This document shows positions 52,740 through 64,000 of a stretch of DNA of 64,000 nt, piece after piece (positions within the stretch are counted from its first letter, which is position 1; each line of letters begins with the position of its first letter). This DNA is from Geosiphon pyriformis uo1. Its lineage: Eukaryota > Fungi > Glomeromycota. The notes beneath the pieces were generated by a model that worked only from the letters and a program-made list of their open reading frames with translations, was not told the origin of the DNA and ran no database searches. The stretch spans positions 337,824-401,823 of the forward strand of contig JAAOMT010000479.1 of NCBI GenBank assembly GCA_016748015.1, in the 5' to 3' direction. Both the position numbers and the translations under genes were made by a program.

Positions 52740-54023
52740 TAATTGTTAGATTTTAGAGTTTCTATTAGGGACTTTGTTTCCGAGTTCATCACTTTTAAAT
52801 TTTTAACTTTTTTGTTGTCTGTTCCCTTCATGTCCTCAATAGATAACTTTTTTCTCTGTGTATATTTTCTCTGTGTATATTTTCTCTTTGTAGGCTTTGT
52901 TAATCATGTTGTTTCTGAAGTAGTACTTGTTTGAATATTAAGTTGCTTTTCTTCTACTTCTTTTAAGTCCTTAACAGATTCCTTTATTGAAATCTCTTTA
53001 CCTTGAGTATATCTTTTCTTGATTGATGGTTCTGTTGAATACATTGTTTCCAAAGTAGCCTCTCTTACAGTATTAAATAGTTTTACTTCTAAGCTCTCAG
53101 TATATTCTCCCACTGATAACAATTTTTTGTAAGTATATCTTCTTTTCTTTAGAGGTTCTGTTGGTTGTGTTGCTATTAAGCTAGTGCCTACTGAAGTATT
53201 AGATAGTTTGCTTTCAACCCCTCCTATTGATGATTTTTTTCTTAAAGTATATTTTCTTTTCTTTAAAGGTTTTGTTTATTGGATCATTTCCGAATTAGTA
53301 TCTATTGAATCATTAACTAATTCATCCTTGGTTCTTTTCAAGGTTCTGGTAGACTTCTCTATTAATAAAATTTTCTTCTGAGTATATTTTCTTTTCTTTG
53401 AAGGTTTTGTTAATTGGGTTGTTTCCACAATAATAGCTACCTTATCATCTTTTTCTTCCAAGTTACTAACAGACATATTAATTAATAACTCTATTTTTGG
53501 AGTATATTTTCTCTTTTGTAGACATCCTGTTGACTGTGTTTTCTCTTTCCAGATAATACTTGTTAGAGTGCTTGATAAATCAATTTTAATTGCATGTATA
53601 TTTCTATCTATTGTGTTTTTTGATAAATTTTTATGAGATGTAGTTTTACTATTAGCTTCAAGCTTATTTAATGGTCTTTTATTTGAAGTGCCAAGTAATG
53701 AATAGTTATCTTGTTTTGTACTAGCTTCTTAAATACTGTGCTTGGTTACTTTGAATATATTAGCTTTGATAACATAATTACTTCTAAGCTTTCTTTTTTC
53801 TTTTGTTTGAACTTCTCCAGCATCAATTCTGGTTCAGTTGTTTCTAGTACAATACCAATAAATTTAATAATAGAATTTCATTTGTTACCTTTGACCCCAG
53901 TATTAAGTAATTTTTTTGCTTATGCCTTTTCTTTAGATTTGGTTTTCCCTTTTGGGTTATTCAAAAAAAATTTAAAGAAATATTGTTTTTAAAGAGAGAT
54001 TTAGGACTTGCTTTATTTATCAT
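52740..54023 (-). pseudogene. Orphaned, decayed 5' coding region of the Tfc6-like gene with about six KRKYT-type repeats
   Basis: Long near-open frame with TGA/TAA interruptions; the SET..TKP.KKRKYT..K repeat continues across the TA site into the intact exon. Confidence 0.65.
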
Positions 54024-54563
54024 GATTTCACTTGCTTTTCAATATAAGACTTTGATTCTTAAAAAATTAAAAGCATATATAGTAAGAAATATTGTTTGTT
54101 TAATTTCAAAGAAATAATAGATCCACTTACTAGTAATTATGCTATAGCGAAAAGATAGATCTTATAATCTCAGTTTTCTTAAATAATTAATTTTATAATA
54201 TATTAATATTTATTTAAATTTTGCCAATAAAATTAATTATTGTATTATTTAATATTTAGAAAACTACTTTTTATAAATTTATAATTATTTAAAAAAACTT
54301 ATGCTATAAAATAAATATATAACATAAATATTGAATAATTAAATTAAATTAAATTAAATTACAAAAACATAAGTTATATTAATTTAATGATGAATTTGAT
54401 TTTTGGAAAAAATTTTTTAATTAATAATAATAGTTACAATTTTGTGTATATGCCAAGTAATTAATTATTATATGCTAATTAATTTTTGTTGTTGAATTCT
54501 AAATATGTTTATTTTAAATATTAAATGACAAAATTTTATAATAATAAAATTTTAATAAAAAAA

Positions 54564-54659
54564 CATAAGCCACATCTATTTTAGAGTAGTTTTTACTGTA
54601 TTGTAATAAGTGGTGATTGGACTACACTCGTTATTGCAAAATAAATAAATAAATAAAAA
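54564..54659 (+). mobile_element. 5'-truncated LINE 3' end (~95 bp)
   Basis: CATAAGCCA..GACTACACTCGTTA plus (TAAA)n matches the 3' UTR at ~31306-31390. Confidence 0.65.
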
Positions 54660-55067
54660 GATGTTAATTTTTTATTTTAATTGTTTGATTAATTTAATTT
54701 TTATTAATTTTTTTATTTTAATTATTAATTATTCAGATAATTGGTTATATATAGCAATATAATTTATGTTTATTGTATACTATTTTTAAGTTATATATTC
54801 ATAGATAATAAATGAATCATATTTATATATACAAAAAAAATTAATTATTATTTTAACATATTTTTTAAAAAAAAAACTTTATTTATTATATTTTTTAATT
54901 TTTTATAAATTATTAAAAATAATAACATAATATTTTTAATAATATTTTTGATTATTAACCAAAATAAAAATCTGAATGTGTTTTTTTAAGTTAAAAAAAC
55001 AATTTTTTTTATGTTAATAATAATATATTATTATTAATTATTGAAATTTGCTACATAAAAATATGTA

Positions 55068-56065
55068 TTTTTTTTTTATTTCATTTAACAAGTGAAGTCT
55101 AAACACAACCTAATGCTATACATCAAAAAAACAATTTAAACTAAGTGTGAATCATGCACTTTTTACATGTGACCAGCCACTCAGACCAATCAAAACAACA
55201 TTACACAACTATATAAACCAAAACTGGATCACTTAAACCAGAAAAAAACAAACTGGATTTGCGAAAGCCAAAACGAATACCAAAACCATCAGCAATACCA
55301 AGCAATTTGACTATACCAGCAGAAAACTTCAAAACCAAACCAGAGACTGAGATAAGAGTTGAGCCATCAAGTAAAATCAATCTATTCTTTTCTATGTAAG
55401 CACGATGTTTAGCACGAACTAACTAGATATCAGCCCTAAAAGTAAGACCAAGAGAATACACAAATTTGACAACCTTCACACTGGCAATCTTGGGATCATG
55501 GAAGATAGAAACAGTCTTACAAAACCAGCCATCAAAAACAAAACCTTTATAAAAAGCTGTGGACACAGAAGAATCAGAGACATAGGATAACAACAGCTGT
55601 AATATGTCCGAAAAGGAATAAGAAAGACCAAAAACTGCCTTCCAGGAGCTCATATAAGATTCCAATAAACACCACTGAGCAGATTCATCAACCTTATAAG
55701 AAAACACATGATCCAACACCTCCACTTCACCACAATATAAGCACAACACATTAGGATACAGCCTACTATAAAGATGCTTCTAAACAGCAACTGGCAGCTG
55801 GTGGTGCAAAGCTTTCATAAAATAAGTGTGTGTATTAGCCAAGAGTTTGCTGGTAAAACTGGCAGCCATATGCAAGTTAAGATGTCATACCAATGATAAA
55901 CAAAGCCAATCAACTTCTAAGAGCAAACAACCAGCCAAAAACTTAGAACCAGACTCAATCTTCTAGCACACATGGCAAACTAAACAATAAATATTACAAA
56001 CAAAATGTCTGGAGTTGCCAGAAACAATTTCACCATTAGCAATCAAGAAATGTTCATTCAGGTGG
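55068..56065 (-). mobile_element. LINE2 3' part (end of RNase H, Zn finger, 3' UTR, poly(A))
   Basis: CLYCGEVEVLDHVF; 3' UTR homologous to 31260-31380; poly(T) at 55068-55077. Confidence 0.9.
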
Positions 56066-56957
56066 TGTTATGGGTGATTATTTCTGCTGTTAAATTAAAT
56101 AACAAACCCGTAACTTGGTGCTCAAAAGCTACTTCCATGGATAAGGTTCTGCAAGTGTTGTATCTGAAGGTTTTGGTTGAGTCTTTTGTATAATGGACAG
56201 AGATTTAATAGTGTTGATAGTAGATGTATCTTTCCAAGAGTTTTTCCAATTTTTTTTTCAGCATGGTGGCTGGATTTAGTTTGGCAGTCGTGCTTTTCTG
56301 GTAAGCTATCTAATAATATATAAAATCCTACCCTTATTTCTGGGTCTTTTACCAGGCTATTTTTGATGTCAATAATTCAGTGCTTAATCTTTTAATCAAT
56401 TAGTATACAACAACAAAATCAAAAAAAGAAAGAAAAGAAAATAAAGAAAATAAAAATAAAGAAAATAAAGAAAATAAGCCAAGGCAATTTGGTACGTTAG
56501 TATCTCATTAATAGCCATGATCAAGAGCTATTGTTCTAGCATGATTAAGTATCAATTACTATCAACATAAAGCATTGATAGTAGAGAGTGGGTTGAGATA
56601 TGAAATAATTATTTATTTGATGATTGGGAACTGGAATGTTGCTTAGATTAAATCTAAACTGAGAGGTCTGTCTTTTCAGCTTCTAATCTTATTACTATAT
56701 ATACATAATTGAGATTTCTCAATTCCTTAATTCTTTGTGACAGGAATTCTGGGATTCCTGAAATCCTGCGATTCCTGATGAGAAAAATCCTGGAATTCTG
56801 GAATCCTGCAATTCCTCGCCGAAGAATCTTGAAATTCCTGGAATTCTGCAATTCCTCTGAGAGAAATTCTGGAATTCCACATTTACTATGTCTACCTCTA
56901 ATTGGCTAATATCTTCCTGACTAATAATACTATATTTCCTATATTTTATAAGTAACA
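56066..56957 (-). repeat. Solo LTR of the Gypsy A family with discordant flanks
   Basis: Reverse complement begins TGTTACTTATAAAATATAGG and ends AAATAATCACCCATAACA, like LTR A. Confidence 0.92.
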
Positions 56958-59010
56958 ACGGTTCATTCCACATACACAAAGTGTTAGGAAATGAAGCTTA
57001 CAAATTACAATTGGAAGACAGGATTTTAAAAAAAGTAGCACATGGAAATTGGTTAAAAATTTATTATGTAAAACAGAAATTATCATCATCAATACCTCAA
57101 CTAGGAACACAAATTTCATTAATCAGACCAAAAGATATACCATGAGATCTGGAACCAATTATCATCATCAAAATGTAGACAATGTACAGCAAATTAAAGT
57201 GGGGAATTCAAATATATATAGCATCTGAAAAGCAGCAAGAAACAATAAAAATTTCAACATGGACCTTTCAGATCAAATTTTAAAATTATCTAAACAATTA
57301 TTTGAAACAATTCAAAAATCAACATCTTAAATAGAAATTATAATTAATAGAAAAAAAATAAGATATAGAGATAAGGAGAAGAAAGGGATGAGTGAAAGTT
57401 CAACTAGAACTAATTGTTCCTATCTCTACATTCTGCCTGAGAAAAGAATTTTGTAAAAAAGAATTAATTCATCTTGGGCAGGGCTCGAAGAAAGTGTGGA
57501 GAAATGAGAATTATTTTATAAAAGAAGATACTTGGTCTCCAAGCTCAAAGAAATAAAAAAAGCTTTAGCTCATAAGACCAAACTCTCCAAAACAGGGGAG
57601 TAGACACCTGACAATGCCCAGGAATAGAATGAAAGACTTCCTTCAGCATATTGGTTCTACAAAATTGGTGAACAACTAGATTTGAAAACACCATATGGAG
57701 ACCTCAGCCAGAAAACTTTCAACAAAAAAGCAATGCAACAAATAGAAAAATTTGTAAGAAGAAGCAACCTGACCCTATACTACAAAGCAGCATACTGATT
57801 ATATGCTGCTTTCTAACATTGTCCAAATGTACTGTTGTATGGATTTATAAAAATAATAACAGTTAACAACATAAGACAAATTACCAATCGACAGTTCAAA
57901 GACTTATAAAAAACAATACTTAACACAACCATCGAATATTACACGAACAAAGACATAGGAACAGATACATATAATTTCGCAGGAGCTCAATACTAAAAGG
58001 AGAGGGATAATGTTACCTGAGTAAAAAAACCGATCTGAAGTTAGAAAAAATGTGACCAGAATGTGACATAATACAGAATAGTGTGCAATAATGTTGAATA
58101 ACGTGTTATAACTTAGAATAGTGCAGAATAATGCATTATAACATAAAATAACACAGAATAACATGTAATAACACCAGATAATGTGTTATAACATAGAATA
58201 ACTGGGAATAACATAGAAAAATGAAGCAATAACAGAAATAACAAAAGCAATAGTTAGCAATAATGAAACAATTAGAAGCAATTCTGTAAAACCAAAAAAA
58301 TGTATAAAAGCGAGTAGTTGTAGAAGAAAAAGAGAGACAGACAGATAGATATGAACCACTAGACAAGAAACAAATATCTATTACTCCTTCTCATTTATTA
58401 TATTTCCATATTTATCTTCTGAAATAAATCAATTATCAAAGAAATCAGAATCACAAATTCATGTTTCCAAACTGTGTGGGATTTGTGTGAATTAACCATT
58501 GTTTTATATCTTTGTTTTAGGACAGATGCTCTTAGCATAACCACTTTGGACTATTAATGATTTGGACCAATCATTCTTGATTATGGCAATTGACAATACT
58601 AATTTATCTTTTTTTTTCTTTTTTTCTTATTTTCTTTTGTGGAGCAGTAACATAGTAAAATCAACTGTCTGGGAATAGACTTCGTGATAGCCTGGTAAAA
58701 AAAGAAGGCTCTCCCTAAGTTTTGGATATTAATATTATCTTCTTAGCTTACCAGAAAGGCAAAAAGACACTGCCAGACCCTAATGACTGCACTCATTAGC
58801 TCAGAGAAGAAAAAAGACATTGCAATTAACGAAAGACAAATTCTGTGTCTTATAATCAAAAAACTCAATGGATAAATTCACATTCAAAAATAGATCTTCC
58901 GAGACTGATAATTGAGACTAAGCCAACAGAATTATGTGAAAGATACATTACCACTAATTGAAAGCACCAAATGTTACCATCTCTATTACCCACCAAGTTT
59001 ACTCATAACA
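56958..59010 (+). mobile_element. Gypsy C 3' fragment: integrase tail, ORF3 (57259-57996), PPT (57995-58010), 3' LTR (58011-59010)
   Basis: GSFHIH..DLEPIIIIKM; AAAAGGAGAGGGATAA|TGTTAC; LTR homologous to 59744-60852. Confidence 0.9.
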
Positions 59011-59743
59011 TTGCCACCCAAAACAACAAAAGAAGATTTATTAACCACCTTAGCAATCATGAAATTGATATTATTAGTCTAAGAGAAATGAACAGCCAGA
59101 GATGTCTCAGCATAAAACCCCAAGATAGACACAGAAAGTTTATTCTTAAATAGCAACTTGACTAATAGAAGCCGATCTGGCACCTCAGAAACTTTATAAA
59201 CATAATGAGCTAAAGAAGTATTCATGATAATTGCAACTCTAGCACCAAGAAACCCTTTGTCCAATCCAGATGAAAAAACCCTAACTCTATTGAATTTATC
59301 TCTAATCCAAGGCCTATTGCTAGACCTCAACTTTGTTTCTGTAATAATTGAAACCAAATTTCCAGAATCCCTATGCCAACAAACAACATCTTTCTGCTAG
59401 GCGGGGACATTAATACTGCAAATATTATACATCGCAAAATTCCACATGAAATCATTCATTAAGGAATAAGAGAAGTTGACAAGCCCAAGTCAGAGCACAA
59501 ACAATCCAATTTTTCTAAGACACATTCAATCAACACCTCCAAAGCCACCATTTTAGATTCCAATCCACCTATTTTGGACATTAAAACTTTAGAACTATTC
59601 AAACTAAGATCAGAAACTGAGTTAGTAACAATTGACAGAGATGGAAAAGGAGACATCATTGTGACATCCAGAGCCATATCTGAGTCCAAAATGGGTGCAA
59701 CAGATGCAAAAACAACCAAAAAAGAAATAAGAGGTTTGGACAC
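59011..59743 (-). mobile_element. LINE2 middle fragment (ORF1 C-terminus, TAATG junction, endonuclease N-terminus)
   Basis: SKIGGLESKMVALEV; IITETKL; homologous to ~26320-27030. Confidence 0.9.
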
Positions 59744-62700
59744 TGTTATGGGTAAACTTGGTGGGTATGAGAAATAGTAACATTTAGTGCTCTCAATTAT
59801 TGATGATGCGTCTTCTGCATAATTCTGTTGGCTTAGTCTTGATTATCAGTCTCTGAAGATCTATTCCTGGATGTGAATTTTACCCATTGAGTTCTTTGGT
59901 TATAAGGCACAGAGTTTGTCTTTCATTGATTGCAATGTTTTTTGTAAATGTAAGCTTTCTTCTCCAAGCTAATGAGCGCAGTTGTTAGGGTTTGGCGTTG
60001 TCTTTTTACCCTTCTGGTAAGCTAACAAGATAATGTTAATATCCAAAACTTAGGAGGAGCTTCCCTCCTTTACCAGGCTATTACAAAGTCTATTCCCAGA
60101 CAGTCAATTTTACTATGTTGTCACTCCACAAAAAAATAAGACAGAAAAAGAAAGAAAAAGAAAAAGAAAGAAAAAGAAAAAGAAAAGAAAAGAAAAGAGA
60201 GAAAAGAGAAATTAGTATCGTCAATTGCCATAATCAAGAGTGATTGGTCCAAATCATTAATAGGTTCGAAGTGGTTATGCTAAGAGCATCTGTTCTAGAA
60301 CGGAGGTACGAGACAAGGGTTAATTCATGTAAATTCTACGAAGTTCGAGAATGTAAATTTATGATTCTGATTTCTTTTAATAATTGGTTTATTTCAGGAG
60401 ATGAAATAGGGAAGATAATAAAGGATGAAGGGATATAGATATTTTAATTTCTGGTTTAGAGGTTCATATCTATTTTTTCTTCTCTGTCTTTTCTCACTTC
60501 TACAACTACTTGCTTTTATACATTCTTTTGGTTTTACAGGATTGCTTTCAATTGTCTCGCTATTGCTAGCTATTGCTTTGTTGTTTCTGTTATTGCTTCA
60601 TTTTTCTACATTATCACTAGTTATCTTATGTTATAACATGTTATCTGATGTTATTATATGTTATTCTGTGTTATCCTGCATTATAACACATTATCTTATG
60701 TTATTGCGCACTATTCTGTGTTATTCTGTGTTATAACACATTATCCAACGTTATAACGTATTATCCAATGTTATTGCGTGTTATTCTGTGTTATGTTATG
60801 TTTTGGTCATGTTTTTTCATAACTTTGGATCGGTTTTTCTACTCAGGTAACATTATCCCTCTCTTTTTAAAATTGAGCTCCTGTGAAACCATATGTATCT
60901 ATTATTGTGACTTCGTTCGTGTAATGTTTAATTGTTGTCTCGAGTATTGCTTTTTGTAGGTCTTTGAACTGTTGATTGGTTATTCATCCTATGCTATTAA
61001 CTATTATGGTTTTTATAGATCCATTTAGTAGTACATTTGGGCAATGTTGAAAGGTGGCATATAGTCGGTATACTGCTTTGTAATGTAGGGTCAGATTGTT
61101 TTTCCCTACAAATTTTTCTACTTGTTGTATTGCTTCTTTGTTGAACGTTTTCTGGCTGAGGTCTTCGTATAATGTTTTCAAGTCAAGCTGTTCTCCAATT
61201 TTGTAGAACCAATAAGCTGGAGGAAGACTTTTTTTCCATTCTTGAGCATTGTCAGGTGTCCACTCCCCTGTTTCGGGGAGTTCGGTCCCATGAGCTAAAG
61301 CTTCTTTTATTTCTTTGAGCTCAGGGACCAAGTATCTTCTTTTGTAACCTTTTTCTCGTTCTTTGTCTCCTTCTTTTCCACCCCCCACCCGAAGACAATT
61401 TTTCCTCCCACATTGCCTTTCGGGTGGTGGGTAAGAAAGGAAACATTTAGTTCTAATTGAACTCTCGTCTTCCCCTCTCCTGTTCTTATCTTTGTACTAT
61501 ATCTTTTTTTTATCAATTATTATTTTTATTTGAGATGTCGATTTTTGAATTGTTTTAAATAATTGTTTAGATAATTTTAAAATTTGATCTGAAAAGTCCA
61601 TGTTGAAATTTCTATTGTTTCTTGCTGTTTTTCAGATGCTATATATATTTGAATTCCCCAATTTAATTTGCTGTCTGTTGTCTACATTTCAATGACGATG
61701 ATTGGTTCCAGATCTTGTAGTATATCTTCTGGTCTGATTAATGAAATTTGTGTTCCTAGTTGAGATACTGATAATGATAATTCCTGTTTTACATGATAAA
61801 TTTTTAACCAATTTCCATGCACTACTTTCTTTAAAATCCTGTTTTTCAATCGTAATTTGTAAGCTCCATTTCCTAATGCTTCATGTATGTGAAATGAACT
61901 GTCCCACTTTGGGTTGAACTTTCTACTCCACTGTTTCTCAGCTTTTGTACGATGTAATAGTACTTGGTCTCCAATCTTGAATTCCATTGGTTGTTCTGAT
62001 AGATGTTTATCATGTCTTTCTTTTTGTCATTTTTGAGCATAACTAATATTGTTAGCTGTTGTTCTTTGATTGTTTTCTAACGTTTCCATTAGCTGATATG
62101 TTTTTTGGTGTAAGGTAGTCTCAAAATTCTTTTCATTAATTGTTTCTGTTGGGTATGATGGTATCACTCATTTAATTAATAACATAGCTTTTCTTCCATA
62201 GACTAATTCGAACAGTGTGAACTGAGTCATATTTTGTTTCAATGTTTGGTATACAAAGAGTACAGAAGGTATGAATAAGTCCTATTCTTGTCTGTTTTCA
62301 TGACTTATTTTTGCTAGTGCTTTGCACAGTGTTCTGTTAAATTGTTTTACCAGTCTATTCATTTGTGGATGGTATGGTGACGATAAGGGTCTTTTTATTC
62401 CAAACTATTGGCTTAGTTCAGTCAGCGTATTATTAACAAAGTGTGTTCTCTGATCAGATAATAATTCTTTCGGACATCTATGTCGGCAAATTAGGTCTTG
62501 ATGCACAAATTTGGCAACTGTTTTGGCATCGGCCATTTGGATTGCTCTGGCTTCTGGCTATTTTGTAAGATAGTCTACGGCTACAGCGATATAGTGATTT
62601 TCTTGAGATGTAATTGAAAGAGATCCAACCAAATCAATCCCAATTCTATCAAATGGATTTCCAACTGGAATGGGTCGAAGTGGTTCTGTTGATTTTGCTC

Positions 62701-64000
62701 CTCCTTTTCGCTGGCATGCGTCACAATTGAGCATGTATTCGAAAATGTCTTTGTGTATCGTTGGCCAATAGTATAAGTTTAGTGTTCTTTTGAGGGTAGT
62801 GTTTTTGTTAAAGTGTTCTGCAATCGGATCTGAGTGCACGCTATATAGTATAGTTTCTCTTTTACTGTCCGTGATTAGTTGTTGTGAGTTGGGATGGTTT
62901 CAGCATTCTCATTGATATAGTTGATTGTCTTGAATAAAATAATTTCAGGCTTGTTTTTGTATGATACTCTGTTCCTGTTGAGATAATATCTTCTTGAAAC
63001 GTAGTATCAATAGGTATTGATATAGTCATTGATAAGTGAGTGTGTCCATAAGTCTGGGATTAGGTTTGTGGCATCCTCGACAAACTGTCAGTATTGGTGT
63101 TCTTGAATCCTTCCTTGTAATAGACTTTGAGTGGGAATTGTTGCAGATAAGTACTCCATCTCACATATTTTTCTTCTAGTTGTGGATTGTTAAGTAACCA
63201 AATAAGTCTTTTGTGGTCAGTATATAGGTTAAATGGTTGACTGAGGTAATGTTTCCAAGTCTGTATGGCTCAATAAATGGCAAGACATTCCAGATCTGTT
63301 GTGCTGTAATTTTTTTTTGCTGGGCTAGTGCTGCAACTAGTGTAGGCAACTGGGTGTTCTCTATTGTCCAGTCCTATTTGTGATAAGACTGCTTCTAAAG
63401 CATTTTTCGAGGCGTCTGTAGTGACAATGAACTATTTAGTAAAATCTGGGTAAATCAGGATTGGGGATGTGATCAATCACTGTTTGAGATAGTCGAATGC
63501 TTTCTGTTGATCTTCCTTTCACAAGTATGATACATATTTGGACAACAATTAATAGAGTGGTTTTGTGATGTTCGAGAAACCTTTGACAAATTGATGATAA
63601 TATCCTGCTAATCCTAGAAATCCTTGTAATTCTCTAAGGTTGATTGGGGCTGGAAAATTCTTAACTTTTTGTACTTTATCTGAATCGGGTTTAACTCTGT
63701 CCTTGCTGATTACATGTCCTAAGAATTTTAACTCGGTTTTTCCAAAGAAGCACTTCCCGGGATTGAGTTTCAATCTGGCACTACAAAGGCATTCGAAAAC
63801 TTGTTGCAGGTGGAGCAAATGGTCTTCAAATGTTTCGGAGAACACATTTGTGTCATTTAGGTAGACTACTACTGATTTCCAAAAGATTCCTTTGTATACG
63901 ACATCCATCAGGTGTTGAAACGTGGCAGGAGTATTACAAAGTCCAAAAGGCATTACGTTAAACTTGAAGTTTCCGTTTCGAGTGGTAAACGCTGTTTTTC
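59744..64000 (-). mobile_element. Gypsy D (same family as C), 3' portion: RT, RNase H (stop 63060), separate integrase (63049-61682), ORF3 (61601-60867), PPT, 3' LTR (59744-60852)
   Basis: MPFGLCN, VVYLNDT, VTDASK, HSDPIAEHF, GIDLVG; PPT at 60853-60868; runs off the window end. Confidence 0.93.
60143..60210 (+). repeat. (GAAAA/GAAA)n tract inside LTR D
   Basis: Direct reading; it is the expanded polypyrimidine tract of the LTR sense strand. Confidence 0.9.

Noticed and set aside
56062-56961. GTGG/ACGG as a mutated TSD of an ordinary solo LTR
   Set aside because: The two flanks belong to different elements (LINE versus Gypsy integrase).
60425-60959. Hydrophobic antisense ORFs in LTR D (also 57904-58366 in C, and 10955-11266/12562-12912) as Env or membrane proteins
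   Set aside because: They are by-products of T-rich antisense tandem repeats and strand skew; no conserved frame or motifs.

Overview
Eukaryotic, intron-containing, AT-rich fungal DNA. The repeat families and gene style suggest Glomeromycotina, possibly Geosiphon-like (inference only). 1-32 kb is a nested retroelement stack: an old Ty3/Gypsy (H) carries Gypsy A (187-19418, TSD ATGC), which carries the younger Gypsy B (4234-13449). H also carries a full-length RNase H-encoding LINE (24547-31390). 32-37 kb is very AT-rich TE debris. 38.5-51.6 kb holds four host genes: a CDK1-like kinase with a PPTSLRE motif, a TrhO/UPF0176 rhodanese, a 4-repeat Myb/SANT protein and a TFIIIC WD40 subunit (Tfc6/GTF3C2). 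A decayed Fanzor/TnpB 3' end lies at about 48.2-48.4 kb. A Tc1/mariner element splits the Tfc6 gene, and the orphaned 5' part has decayed. 55-64 kb is a second LINE/Gypsy stack with a hybrid solo LTR and a ~2-kb inverted repeat. Main highlights: (i) the Gypsy elements encode integrase as a separate ORF after a conserved stop, most also show an unknown env-position ORF3, and A, B and H carry a Cys-rich domain plus dUTPase; (ii) RIP-like, non-CpG-restricted C>T/G>A hypermutation; (iii) apparent transposon rescue of a truncated TFIIIC gene; (iv) a Nextera adapter marking a mis-assembly at 10988. All coordinates were read by eye.
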